Source: Pseudanabaena sp. Salubria-1 (GTDB lineage: Bacteria > Cyanobacteriota > Cyanobacteriia > Pseudanabaenales > Pseudanabaenaceae). From it: a DNA stretch of 64,000 nt. Position numbers and translations under genes: made by a program. Positions 1-10,492 of the stretch are shown here, piece by piece; positions within the stretch are counted from its first letter, which is position 1; every line of letters begins with the position of its first letter. Under the pieces are notes generated by a model. It made no database searches. It was given only the letters and a program-made list of their open reading frames with translations, and was not told the DNA's origin. The stretch covers positions 2,930 to 66,929 of the forward strand of contig JALQCR010000035.1 in the NCBI GenBank assembly GCA_023336205.1. The letters are read 5' to 3'.

Positions 1-570
1 GCCACTTTCTTTCCCGACTGCCTGATGACGTTTGCTAGGAATAACTTGTGCGTAAGCTGCCCAAAAATCTGTATAGCAAACAGCACATTGACGATAAACT
101 GGTGGTAGAGAATTCCATAATCGCCTAGCGCCATCTTCACTGCGATTGCCTATGTAAACTCCAACTATTTCTCTAGTTTTTTTATCCAAAGCTAACCAAA
201 TCCATTGCTTATTGCCCTTATGACCTACAAATGACCAAGCCTCATCACATTCAATAGTCAATTTACCTCTTGGTTTGGCTGAAACATTCACCTGCTGAGG
301 AATCTGGGCATATTTATTATTCACATATTTTTGCAACCAAGTCTCTGAAACAAGAGCAGCACGAGCAATACCGGCTAGAGGTATTTTCTCAAGTAAAAGT
401 CTATCAATCAGTTCTATAGTATCTTTGCTAATAACTTTATTAGTGGGATTTTCTATAAACTGTCTTTTGCAGTTTTGACACTGGTATTTTGGTTTTTGAT
501 TATGAATCTTCCCATTTTTAACAGTGTGTTGAGAACCACAATTGGGGCAAGTAGGTCTGGAGATTGACAT
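1..570 (-). CDS. IS1-family transposase (InsA Zn-ribbon/HTH and InsB DDE in one frame), runs off the left edge
   Basis: Hand translation from ATG at 570: MSISRPTCPNCGSQHTVKNG...CQNCKRQF...GKLTIECDEAWSFVGHKGNKQWIWLALDKKTREIVGVYIG...YTDFWAAY. No stop before the window edge; not in the ORF track. Confidence 0.92.
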   Translation of the reverse strand, partial: MSISRPTCPNCGSQHTVKNGKIHNQKPKYQCQNCKRQFIENPTNKVISKDTIELIDRLLLEKIPLAGIARAALVSETWLQKYVNNKYAQIPQQVNVSAKPRGKLTIECDEAWSFVGHKGNKQWIWLALDKKTREIVGVYIGNRSEDGARRLWNSLPPVYRQCAVCYTDFWAAYAQVIPSKRHQAVGKESG

Positions 571-773
571 CAAAGCTGAAATAGTTGAATTTAAAAATAC
601 TGGTACTTCACTACATATAACACTTAACACGTTCTAATGAAATCATATATTTGGAAACTTTATACTTTAGATAATTTTCAATTAGTTAGTTAAATATAAT
701 TAAAATTTCAACAGCTACAAACGAATAATTTAAGTTGGAAAATATGAGATTTCACTACATATTTACCACTACC
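1..773 (-). mobile_element. IS1-family insertion sequence; one end at 773, the other outside the window
   Basis: Minus-strand end reads GGTAGTGGTAAATATGTAGTGAA from 773 (IS1-type GGT end). The core TATGTAGTGAA recurs at ~608-618. The element contains the transposase above. Confidence 0.75.
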
Positions 774-2050
774 ATGAAAGTCAATCTACCTGTGGTTGGC
801 TTTGCCATCGAGGGTAAGATGTCATTACCCAACATTGCATTAATCAGCGTTGACTTGCCAGCGCTAAAAGTAGCCACAAAAGCAATTTGGTAAGTGTTGT
901 CCCTGAGCTTAGTGACTTCCTTAGAAATATCTTCAGCCTCTTTAGTTCTTCCTTTTTCATTCAAATATTTCTGCAATGCCTCCAACTGCGCGATCGCCTG
1001 TTGTCTGACTTCATCCAAATTAGTCGCTGTATTCATCTTAGGCTCCACGATTGATTTACCGATAAACTCGCTCTGTTGTTGACGCATCAAGCGATCCGCA
1101 TAGCTTGATACAAGATGATTACTCATCCTGATTTCACCCTTTCGATAAGCTAGAAGCCGATCAAACTGATCCAACTTATCTAAAACCTTTTTGCGTTTGC
1201 GCCGCGCATCGTCTAAAGCTTTACGATAGATTTTGAGTTGCTTGTCGTCATAATCATTTAGCTCCCGAATAGAATGCTCTGGAATTACAAGCTTAATTGC
1301 TGCAAATCGAATATTAGAATGACTTTCTACATACTCTAGTAACTCATCTTCAGTCTCTTTCTCAAAAACTTCTAGATGATTGCTAATCACTCGTACAGTC
1401 TTAGACTCAACATTACCAATATCTTGCTGCTCCTGAAGAACTGAAGCAAGTCCTTGAGTATCAGTAAAAAAGGATCTGTATTTTCTACGCTCATCCTTTA
1501 AGATGTCAAAAAGTGATGTAAATACATTTGGGCTATCTACAACAATCCCGTTCTTAGATGATTCTTCGATAATATCAATCAGAGTCCAGCTTTTACCAAG
1601 ACATTGATCATGACAAGCTTTTGCTAATCCTAAATAGTTAGGTATTACTTCAGGATAGATATTACGCGATCTCAAACTACTTCTGATGTCGTGCAAAACC
1701 CATAGAAAGTTTTCCCGCTCTGACAGTAGCCCTTGTTGAATACTGGCGAAATAGACAGAATACTCAGACGAATCAGCCATAGGAGTATCTCCAAAAATGA
1801 TAGAGATAGGTGAGATTTGTTCGTTTGTATTAGGCAGAAAGTGAATCTTGAGTGCATAACCTGCACCCGATGCAATTTTTGCCAACGTCTCAATTTTGGG
1901 GAATTGTTTACCTGATTCTATTCGCGCAAGTTGAGATTGATTCATACCAATGCGCTCGGCAAATTCTCTTTGCGTAAGCCCACTAGCAGCCCTCAACTTA
2001 GCGACTATGCCAGTTGCATCAACTTCAAAGTTAAGATTTTCAAATGTCAT
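755..2050 (-). pseudogene. XRE-type HTH + unknown domain + N-terminus of a dynamin-like GTPase, truncated by IS1
   Basis: N-terminal HTH (LRAASGLTQREFAERIGMNQSQLARIESGK). C-terminal dynamin G1/G2 region (YQIAFVATFSAGKSTLINAMLGNDILPS..PTT). The last 6 codons come from the IS1 end. Confidence 0.75.
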
Positions 2051-2203
2051 GGTGAGTCAACCTCATACAAGTTGTAAGATTACTGTATAGATTGACTAAA
2101 CTACATTTCAACTTGATAACAGAAATGTTATATCGACTAATCTATATTTGTCAATACCCCTTGCAAAATATTTTTGTTTCACTTTTTATTCGTTAGAGAA
2201 TAT

Positions 2204-2479
2204 ATGACTATAACAAAAAAGTTATCGGACGTTTTAGCAATAAACCCAAAAATTGGAGCCGAGCATCCCTATGATTGGCTTGGAGCATTTGACGTAGACG
2301 AATTGAATGAATTTATTAATGAAGTGATGTCAGCCTATCGCTCAGTTGCCTTACAAGAACCAAAAAATCACGAAAAAGCATGGAATGAATTAGAAGCAAT
2401 TATCCATGAATGGTATGAGAGCGCCTTAGCGATAGCTAATTCAGAATTAGAAGTAGCCTTTACTCAAATCAAGCAATGA
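2204..2479 (+). CDS. Hypothetical small acidic helical protein, possibly antitoxin-like
   Basis: ORF (track start 2174; ATG at 2204 more likely) divergent from the HTH gene; motif LEAIIHEWYESALAI. Confidence 0.55.
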   Translation: MTITKKLSDVLAINPKIGAEHPYDWLGAFDVDELNEFINEVMSAYRSVALQEPKNHEKAWNELEAIIHEWYESALAIANSELEVAFTQIKQ

Positions 2480-2509
2480 AACAATCTTTATTAAACTACA
2501 AGTATAAAA

Positions 2510-2947
2510 ATGACATTCTCTTATAACATCGATTGGCAGCATGAGGAGCATAAAGTACAGTACAGTTTCACACAAGAACAACTTGCTCTCATTGCCACCT
2601 ATGAAGCACCTTTAAAAATAAAACTAGCTGAAGAACAGGCTGCAAAATACAGAGAAGATCCTGATAGGTACTGTAATCTATCCTCAACAGCATCTATGGT
2701 AGCTCAAGGTAAGTACGAACCTTATACAGGAGCGATCGGAGAAGTATCAACATTTCTTTTCTATCTTACAAGTGATGATGAATATATCGTGAAATATCAG
2801 TATGCTAATTATGAACCTATCTGCTTGACAGCTTTAGATTCACCTACGACTTCTCGTTTATATAAGGTTATACCTACAAGTTTGGGTTATCTTGTCTCCT
2901 ATTCACTAGATGGCGAGATAGTTTGTGAAATATTTGATGATCTATGA
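2510..2947 (+). CDS. Hypothetical protein
   Basis: 145-aa ORF, co-oriented with the upstream gene; no recognised motif. Confidence 0.55.
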   Translation: MTFSYNIDWQHEEHKVQYSFTQEQLALIATYEAPLKIKLAEEQAAKYREDPDRYCNLSSTASMVAQGKYEPYTGAIGEVSTFLFYLTSDDEYIVKYQYANYEPICLTALDSPTTSRLYKVIPTSLGYLVSYSLDGEIVCEIFDDL

Positions 2948-3021
2948 GAACTTGAAGGTTAATAGAGATCTCACTCACTATGGGAAATGATCGATCAGAA
3001 ACTTGCAAATAAGCTTGCTTA

Positions 3022-5289
3022 TCAAGACAACTTTTTAGGACGAGACTTAGCCACTTTACCCGCCTGTTTCGGCTTCCCCTGAGAAACTTTCTTCTCCTTC
3101 GCAGTAGCAACCTTACCCAAATTCGGCTTAGCCGCTTCATCTAGATCGCCAAACTTCTTCGACCACCACTTCTCCTGAGAAGACCAGAAAAAGACCACAT
3201 CCGCATGATCCTTGCGTTGACGTGCCTGAACATCCGCACACTTCAACATCACCTTATCCACACCATCCTTATGGTAAGGAAACTTAGCCAAAGGCTTACC
3301 ACAGACAGGACAAGTAAAACTAGTCACCTCCGCCGTCACTGCATTCTCACCCTTCGGTTGAGGAATCTCCCACTGATTACGGCGATCGCTCCAAAACATC
3401 ACCAGATTCTCACAGCCATGCTCACACTTGAGAAAATGCCCACCACTGACCTTTTTTGAAGGAATCTTACTGAGAGGATGATTACAAGTAGGACAAGCCA
3501 CATCTGAAAGCTCATTTTTACGATTACTTGGCTGTAAATCTGCACCAAGATTTGTATAGGCACGCGCCAACATCGGCTGAAAATAGGACTGATGCCAACC
3601 AATCAAATAACTTTGCCACTCCAACTTACCCACCGAGATTTCATCCAAAGTCGTCTCCATCCCTGCGGTAAAATCGGCTCTGAGTAAATCAGGGAAAGTT
3701 TTATGCAATACATCATCCGTAGACATTCCCAAAGCCGAAGGTTCGAGAACCTTACCCTTGAGTAACACATAGGTACGCTCCTTCAGCGTCTTGACGATCG
3801 CTGCAAACGTACTCGGTCTACCCACACCCTGACGCTCTAGCACCTGTACCAACTTCGCCTCGCTATACCTAGCAGGAGGTTGAGTTTGTTTCTGTGTAAA
3901 CCCCGCATTTGCCAAAGCCAAGGTCTGACCGCTCGTTAAAGCAGGAATATGTTTATCCTTACTCAAATCATTCCAATAGCGCGTATAACCCGCAAAGGTG
4001 AGAATACTACCCCTAGTCTGCCAGAGCGTCGAACCAGCTTGAATAATCACCCGACTTTTCTGAATCAAGGCATTCGCACATTGAGAAGCCACGGCTCTAC
4101 GCCAGATTAACTCATAAAGTTGATGCTGTTTGGCACTGAGATGATCTCTAACCGTTTTTGGAGTAATACTCAAATAGGTAGGACGAATCGCTTCATGGGC
4201 GGATTGAGCATTCGCCTGTTCGCGATGACGAGTAGTTTTCTTAGGGACGTTATCAGGATCGTGTTTCGATAGCCATTCCTTTACCTCGGCACAAAACTCA
4301 GGAGCGAGACTCGTGCTATCAGTGCGGTGGTAGGTAATCAAACCCTTACGACCGTTCGGCAAATCGACACCCTCAAATAACTCCTGAGCTACCTTCATCG
4401 TCTCTTCAGGCGATAGCCCTAATCTCACTGAGGCAGCTTGTTGGAGCGAACTGGTTATAAACGGCGGCAACGGTGATTTTTGAGCAGTGACACCCGTAGC
4501 TTCACGAACGACATGGGGATGATTACGCGCTACTTGAATAATTCGGGCAGCTTCCGCTTCCGACAATACCCGTTTTGACTCAACCGTAGATTCCGTATTC
4601 ACTTCCGCCGCATCATCGGTGACATCCTGATCATCAAGCACAGGTTCAATCTCACTGCTCCCCGCATAAAAAGCCGTGAAACCTTCAGCATATTCCGTCC
4701 ATACCGACCAGTAAGTAATTGGCACGAAAGCAGTAATTTCTCGTTCACGCTGACAGACGATATGCAAAGCCACCGACTGCACCCGACCCGCCGAGCTACC
4801 ACCACTAGTACGACGCACAAGCGGCGAAACTTTAAACCCAATCAACCTGTCCAAACATTGTCTAGCGCGTTGCGCTGAAATCAGGTTCAAATCTAACTGA
4901 TGAGCATTGGAGATCGCAGATTTAACCGCCGCAGGCGTGATCTGATTATAGACAGCACGTTTGGGATTACGAAGATGAAGTTGCTGTTGTAAATGCCAAG
5001 CAATCCCCTCACCCTCGCGATCGCCATCGGTAGCAAGTACGACTTCTGAAGCATTCTTCACCGCCGCCCGAAGTTTAGCGACTACCTGTTGACCTTTACC
5101 TTCCGTCAATTGATAGCGGCATTCAATTTTGTTGGTATCCTTGTGCATGGTAAAGCCCAAGCTATCTTCACCATCTTTAGCAAGTTCCGTAAAATGTCCA
5201 AAGGAAGCTTCTACTTGCCATTCACTGCCAAGGATGGCTTGGATGGTTTTGCACTTGGATGGAGATTCAACGAGTAATAGCTTTTTCAT
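3022..5289 (-). CDS. topA: Type IA DNA topoisomerase (plasmid type) with C-terminal Zn-ribbons
   Basis: TOPRIM LLLVESPSK and LATDGDREGE; catalytic-region GLITYHRTDS; AHEAIRPT; GVGRPST; CPTC/CPVC ribbons; Lys-rich tail. Confidence 0.95.
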   Translation of the reverse strand: MKKLLLVESPSKCKTIQAILGSEWQVEASFGHFTELAKDGEDSLGFTMHKDTNKIECRYQLTEGKGQQVVAKLRAAVKNASEVVLATDGDREGEGIAWHLQQQLHLRNPKRAVYNQITPAAVKSAISNAHQLDLNLISAQRARQCLDRLIGFKVSPLVRRTSGGSSAGRVQSVALHIVCQREREITAFVPITYWSVWTEYAEGFTAFYAGSSEIEPVLDDQDVTDDAAEVNTESTVESKRVLSEAEAARIIQVARNHPHVVREATGVTAQKSPLPPFITSSLQQAASVRLGLSPEETMKVAQELFEGVDLPNGRKGLITYHRTDSTSLAPEFCAEVKEWLSKHDPDNVPKKTTRHREQANAQSAHEAIRPTYLSITPKTVRDHLSAKQHQLYELIWRRAVASQCANALIQKSRVIIQAGSTLWQTRGSILTFAGYTRYWNDLSKDKHIPALTSGQTLALANAGFTQKQTQPPARYSEAKLVQVLERQGVGRPSTFAAIVKTLKERTYVLLKGKVLEPSALGMSTDDVLHKTFPDLLRADFTAGMETTLDEISVGKLEWQSYLIGWHQSYFQPMLARAYTNLGADLQPSNRKNELSDVACPTCNHPLSKIPSKKVSGGHFLKCEHGCENLVMFWSDRRNQWEIPQPKGENAVTAEVTSFTCPVCGKPLAKFPYHKDGVDKVMLKCADVQARQRKDHADVVFFWSSQEKWWSKKFGDLDEAAKPNLGKVATAKEKKVSQGKPKQAGKVAKSRPKKLS

Positions 5290-5326
5290 ATTTTTGTACC
5301 TGTGTAAACTTTATCGTTAAATGGAA

Positions 5327-6028
5327 CTATTTCTGATTTTCAAGAGGTTTGGTTTGCTGTGCATTCAACATGGCGACAGCCTTAGCAATATTGGCTGCAT
5401 CTCTGTCAGTGACATTGGATTCAATGATTTTGCCTTGCGACTCCACAAGGATCGGATTAACAGGACGATCCTTTGCCTTTAAAGTCATCGTATCCGATGC
5501 TTTTTCGAGACTGAACTTGTAATTCCCCTTGCCATCAGGACGTTCAAAGATAAGATTATTGCCATCTTCTTTACCCTGAACTTGCAGTAATTCCCGACAA
5601 TCACGCGCCAGCTTGAGGTCACGTTCATCATTAGTTGCTTTATCAGTAGAAGTCTGCGAAGTTTCCTGTTCAGCACCATCGCATTTATTTTCGTTTTTGT
5701 CTTTACCCAGTTTAGCCAAACCATCAAACATTGATAGAGCGATCGCTTGAATTTGGGCTGCGTAATTAATCTGATTCTGCTCTTGAATAGCAACACTCAC
5801 CAATTGAGCTTCATTACTATCGGAATCGGGATTACTGCTTGGTGCATACGCCAAATCCCATTCTTCATCGAATACATCGTCTTTATCTTTCATCGTAAAA
5901 TCTGTCAAATTAATTGGATAATTCTCTCGTTCAGCGATCGCTAAAATGTTGACGATGTGAATATCGACAAGCTGATTAAAAGCCGTCACAAACTGGGCGA
6001 TATTAACATCAGGATTAGCGGTAATCAT
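5327..6028 (-). CDS. Hypothetical conjugation-region protein
   Basis: 233-aa ORF tightly packed in the minus-strand tra operon. Confidence 0.7.
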   Translation of the reverse strand: MITANPDVNIAQFVTAFNQLVDIHIVNILAIAERENYPINLTDFTMKDKDDVFDEEWDLAYAPSSNPDSDSNEAQLVSVAIQEQNQINYAAQIQAIALSMFDGLAKLGKDKNENKCDGAEQETSQTSTDKATNDERDLKLARDCRELLQVQGKEDGNNLIFERPDGKGNYKFSLEKASDTMTLKAKDRPVNPILVESQGKIIESNVTDRDAANIAKAVAMLNAQQTKPLENQK

Positions 6029-6037
6029 CGTGTTTTC

Positions 6038-7303
6038 CTAGCGCTCTAGCTGGGGTTGAATAGGTTCTATTTTCAAGCGCGGCAATTTATCGGCAACCGA
6101 GGCAGGTTGACCCATGCGTTGAAAGATCTGCTTAAAACTAGCCAAATCCTCTGGAGTCATTGACTGAGCAGTGATTTGTCCTTTGTCAGTCCGCAGAATG
6201 TTTTCCCCCCTATCGTTGGCGATCGCGATATCGCCAACTTCATTCCTTTGCAAGGTATAGTTCTCACCCTTAAAAGTTTCTCTTCCCGTCTGACTGAGAA
6301 AATTATCGACAACGACAACCGCTCTAGAGCCAGCAGGAACCAAATCTCCCATCTTGGCAATCGCGACAGGATAGCCTTGCTTTTGAGTTAGGTCAGCCAG
6401 ATCGATATTGGTGGTCTGCACAGCAGTCTGCGTAAAGTCGATTTGCTGGTCGAGCGTGGTGTAGTCTGCACTAAAAACAGCACGATTGTTGGCTAACTCA
6501 AACTTAGCAATTTCACTGCCACCTTGCTCAGAGATCGCATAGACATTATCTTGAGACTGAATCCTATAGGCTTCAGCTTCGTATTTACCATCAACCCCCA
6601 ATTTAGTAACTAGAGCCACCGAGACAGCCGCCATCACCTGTTGCCGAAAATCATCAAACAATAAAGGATTAGAACGCCCCAACTCATCAAGATCGCTTAC
6701 ACCATCACCATCCGTATCACGACTTCGAGGGTTTAACCCCATGCGGATCTCGTCTACATCTTTTATGCCATCTCCATCTGTATCGCGACTGAGATCGGCT
6801 GATTGCTCTTGTTTATTAGTAATCTCGCGTGACTCAACATCGATGTAGTTTTTCTTAGCCAAAATTGGCATTGGCGGCTGTGATGATTGCGAAAGTGGAT
6901 GGCGATCGCTACCAGATAAAGGCGATGGCTTAATTGGCGAGTTCGGCAACATCGCAAAATCAGGTTCATCTTTATCGCGATTGCGTGGATTGGCGATGAC
7001 AATACTGGTATCTGTCACAGGGTTAGGAGTATTGGAAAGATCGGGTGCAGCCTGATATCTGCGCCACCAATCATCCATGATGTCCTGATCCCATTCCTTA
7101 GAAACCTTGTCCCACGCCGCATCACTGAAGCCAGATGGTTTCGCCTCAGCTTCTTGTTTACCTGCATCTCCTTTTTGCTGTTCATCCTCTTTCTTGGCTA
7201 GCAAAAGTTTCAGCAACTCCGCTAAAGCCTCAATCGTAGTTTGAGCGATCGCTAGTTGTTGGGAATTTGCTTGTGATGCTTCCGATGATTGAATAAAGAC
7301 CAT
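6038..7303 (-). CDS. Conjugation-region protein with Ca-binding DxDGDG (thrombospondin type-3-like) repeats
   Basis: DTDGDGIKDVDEIRMGLNPRSRDTDGDGVSDLDEL; lies directly downstream of the T4CP gene. Confidence 0.7.
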   Translation of the reverse strand: MVFIQSSEASQANSQQLAIAQTTIEALAELLKLLLAKKEDEQQKGDAGKQEAEAKPSGFSDAAWDKVSKEWDQDIMDDWWRRYQAAPDLSNTPNPVTDTSIVIANPRNRDKDEPDFAMLPNSPIKPSPLSGSDRHPLSQSSQPPMPILAKKNYIDVESREITNKQEQSADLSRDTDGDGIKDVDEIRMGLNPRSRDTDGDGVSDLDELGRSNPLLFDDFRQQVMAAVSVALVTKLGVDGKYEAEAYRIQSQDNVYAISEQGGSEIAKFELANNRAVFSADYTTLDQQIDFTQTAVQTTNIDLADLTQKQGYPVAIAKMGDLVPAGSRAVVVVDNFLSQTGRETFKGENYTLQRNEVGDIAIANDRGENILRTDKGQITAQSMTPEDLASFKQIFQRMGQPASVADKLPRLKIEPIQPQLER

Positions 7304-7312
7304 GATGTACTC

Positions 7313-9223
7313 CTATAAACCTTCAGCCCAAGCAGGAACAGACTTGGGAGTTGCAGGAGCATCTTTCGCAGGTAAAGGAAAGTTGTCCAAAAAGTAATCC
7401 TTACGAGCCAAGATCGCCGCGTCCGTAATCGGGATTTGATGTCCTTCCTGTTCTAGTTCGACTTTTAGAGCCTCCCATCTAGACTTGCTGTTTTCCGCCC
7501 GATCCGCATCAACTTTAGGGATTTTGATATTGCAGCGACGGGGGACATTCGCCTCTTTCTTGGAGCTATAACCAGGGGAAATGAGGATACAGTTACCTTG
7601 CGGTAATTTGAGAAAATCCTCTGGGGCAAATAGTTTGCGAGTTCTTTCCTGATCCGATGTACTGGTGCTAGTTTTACCGCCGCCCGAACTCCGCGATTTT
7701 GACTTGTATTTGAGATGTTCGTCACCGAGATAGTCAGAGAAAATCTTTGCTGATTCAGGTTCGAGAGGATTGAAAATTGCTTTAGTGGCACAACCACCGA
7801 AAATTGCCCTAGACACCTCTTTGCCATAGGTTTCTTCTAACTGGACGAGGTTTTGGAAACCCAACATACAAGAAAGTCCATCTTCTCGGTGAACGTTCAG
7901 CCATTGGACAAGACTCGGTAAATAGAGGGTCGGCAACTCATCGATCGCCACAAGGAGAGGATCTTCACGTTTGCTAGTGACATTGCGGGTGACAATCATG
8001 TGCAGGACAGTCGCTAAGAGCGGGGCAACCACATCTTGCTTTTCGCGTTTCATGCCGATTACTAGCAGATGTTTGCCTTTCAAGTTCATCGGAATCGTGG
8101 TCTTGCCACAAAATACGCTGAGAATATCAGGAGACATGAAACGACTGAAGAGAATACTCGCCGTTGAGATTACGGAGGCAACTGTTTTCTCAGAGTCAGC
8201 CATTGAAATCAACTGTCCAAAACTGGTTTCTACCCAAGTCGGTAGATTCGCATTTTGAACTCTGGCGGGAAGATTATTTGCACCCAGTGCTTTGGCACAG
8301 AAAATAATATCGGGGTAAGGCGTTGTCTTGGCTAGTAATAGCACGGCTTGAATCAGTTGATCGCCGCTATTGGTAAAGAAAGGATCTTCATTACCTTTGC
8401 CTCCTGATTTAAAGTTGCGATTCAGGACAATCGCTACCTGTCTTGCCATATCTACGTCAGTCGCATCGCGAATAAAGTCAAGGGGATTACAGATCCCACT
8501 TTCAGGAAAGCTAGGGGCAAAGATGCTGACCTTGTATCCTGCATCCGCCGCGATTCCCGCAATCCGTGAGGACTGCTCAGCATATTTGTAGTCGTAAAGA
8601 ATAATCGGAAATCCTTGGTCGATCGCACTCCGAATCGCAGGATCGATTACTCCATAGGTTTTACCCGAACCAGTGCCACCCAGCACGGCAATGCCGCGAT
8701 TAGCATCGGGTAGCCAAATTGTCCGATCTGTTTTTGACACCTGAATAACTTTGGGCTTTTCGCCCTCGGTTGGCTTTTCGTGATTGGGTGTCGCCACGCC
8801 TGGGGTGGAGATTAGTTCAGCAGGAAAGACTAATTTGGGCTTAACCACAAACAAAGTCAGCTTATTGCGTTCGCGACGGTTAATTTGCTCCTTAGCTTTT
8901 TTTCGCGCCGCCGCAATCTCTGTCCCACCAACCCAATGAGCATGAGCCAATTTGTTTTTGCTACTACCACCTGTCCGACCCAGTAAAACCATGCCGACAA
9001 TACAAGCCGCAATAATTCCACCCGTAGGCGTAAATAGCTGACTGGTAATGAAAGCAATTTCGGGCGGTAATCCTGTGGAGTTAGACTTTTTCTGCTCTAC
9101 AGGAGCAGCGCTATCAACTGTTGATGATTGAGCAAAAGCTGATGGACTTACACAGGTTGCCAAGACTGCGATCGCCAATAACAACAAATGCTTTTGCCAA
9201 TTTAATAATTTCAAAATATGCAT
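7313..9223 (-). CDS. virD4: Type IV coupling protein (VirD4/TraG family)
   Basis: N-terminal TM segments; Walker A GGTGSGKT; Walker B AIDELPTL; FQNLVQLEETYG; AKIFSDYLG. Confidence 0.93.
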   Translation of the reverse strand: MHILKLLNWQKHLLLLAIAVLATCVSPSAFAQSSTVDSAAPVEQKKSNSTGLPPEIAFITSQLFTPTGGIIAACIVGMVLLGRTGGSSKNKLAHAHWVGGTEIAAARKKAKEQINRRERNKLTLFVVKPKLVFPAELISTPGVATPNHEKPTEGEKPKVIQVSKTDRTIWLPDANRGIAVLGGTGSGKTYGVIDPAIRSAIDQGFPIILYDYKYAEQSSRIAGIAADAGYKVSIFAPSFPESGICNPLDFIRDATDVDMARQVAIVLNRNFKSGGKGNEDPFFTNSGDQLIQAVLLLAKTTPYPDIIFCAKALGANNLPARVQNANLPTWVETSFGQLISMADSEKTVASVISTASILFSRFMSPDILSVFCGKTTIPMNLKGKHLLVIGMKREKQDVVAPLLATVLHMIVTRNVTSKREDPLLVAIDELPTLYLPSLVQWLNVHREDGLSCMLGFQNLVQLEETYGKEVSRAIFGGCATKAIFNPLEPESAKIFSDYLGDEHLKYKSKSRSSGGGKTSTSTSDQERTRKLFAPEDFLKLPQGNCILISPGYSSKKEANVPRRCNIKIPKVDADRAENSKSRWEALKVELEQEGHQIPITDAAILARKDYFLDNFPLPAKDAPATPKSVPAWAEGL

Positions 9224-9225
9224 GA

Positions 9226-10491
9226 CTATTTGCTTTTGTTTTTAGTGGGAGAAAGCGACAGGTTGGCGGTGGCATTACTGGGAACCACGTAAGGAATCGT
9301 ATTCTTTTCGCGCAGGACTAGAAATGGCAAGGGCGGCGTAATGTAGGGAGTACAGCCTAAGTCCACAAACCAGCCGCGTTGACACCAGCGAAACCGTAAG
9401 CCAAGCGTGACCGTGCCTGAAGCTTCATCCAAGGACTCAATTGTTACCCGAAATGCATCACCAAACGGATGATTGCCAGCCGGGCCGCGATTGCCAAACA
9501 GACCACCTAAAAATCCATAACCGTCAGGAACCTGTTGCGCTGCTGTCATCCATTGTTTGCCCGTATAGTAACCACCTAAAAAGTCGGTCACTTCAATATG
9601 CGGACATTCTGCATAGGAATCATCACAGGCTACCGCTTGAAATCCTGATGCTGTCATGCCACCACTGATCGGATTAACTCGATTTTTTTCTTTAGTGCCA
9701 AGGGCAATATCGACAATGCCAAAACGGACATTAGGTAACAAGGTCGGTGCATTGGGAAATTGCGAAAGGCTGAGTTTGCTCAAACCCGCCGCATTCAAAT
9801 TCGATAGGAGAACACTCGAAGCGCCGTCAATATTTGCTAGGGGCAGTTGGGCAAAGCCTGGAATTGCATCAAGGCTGTAGGTATTAAGCTGAGAACCAAG
9901 ACTGCTCAAGGAGCTATTGCCAAATTCGGGAAAAGCATTGACTAACTGCCCGACCGTAAGTTCAGGGCCCAGACTTGCAAGGTTGGCAACTCCAGTCTGT
10001 TGTAGAGCCAGATCGAGAATTGGTTTGACTTGGCTTAGAGGTTGGTTACTGAGATCAGGTAGCGATCTCAACAAACTAGTAATCGTCAGTTGTGAAGCGA
10101 GATCGCCGAGTTGTCCGAGACTGACATTACCGAGCGCCACACCCGATTTATCCGCGATCGCCTGCAAACTCATCTGCTCTAAACCCATCGACTGAAACGA
10201 ACCCACGGTCAGATATCGATCTGGACTGACCAGGCTCCCAACTGTGAGATTATTCAATGCCGATGGTGAAAGTAGCTGTGATAGTTGTTGACGTAGCTGT
10301 GGGGTGACTGGAATCTGTGGCAAGTTTTCTAAACTAATTCTCGTAAAATCGGGAATCTGCGGAGATTGCACATTCCCAGTATTTTGAGCGACCTTGGGTA
10401 AAGATTGCGCGTAAGCGATATGGGGATTGAGAATAGCGATCGCCATAAGGGGAATCGCTAATGCTGTCAGTGGCAAGATATGTCGAAACAT
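9226..10491 (-). CDS. MPF_C T4SS accessory protein (secreted; Leu/Ser-rich repeats, Cys-containing C-terminal domain)
   Basis: Signal peptide (AYA-Q); position just before the T4CP gene matches cyanobacterial MPF_C synteny. Confidence 0.6.
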   Translation of the reverse strand: MFRHILPLTALAIPLMAIAILNPHIAYAQSLPKVAQNTGNVQSPQIPDFTRISLENLPQIPVTPQLRQQLSQLLSPSALNNLTVGSLVSPDRYLTVGSFQSMGLEQMSLQAIADKSGVALGNVSLGQLGDLASQLTITSLLRSLPDLSNQPLSQVKPILDLALQQTGVANLASLGPELTVGQLVNAFPEFGNSSLSSLGSQLNTYSLDAIPGFAQLPLANIDGASSVLLSNLNAAGLSKLSLSQFPNAPTLLPNVRFGIVDIALGTKEKNRVNPISGGMTASGFQAVACDDSYAECPHIEVTDFLGGYYTGKQWMTAAQQVPDGYGFLGGLFGNRGPAGNHPFGDAFRVTIESLDEASGTVTLGLRFRWCQRGWFVDLGCTPYITPPLPFLVLREKNTIPYVVPSNATANLSLSPTKNKSK

Positions 10492-10492
10492 A

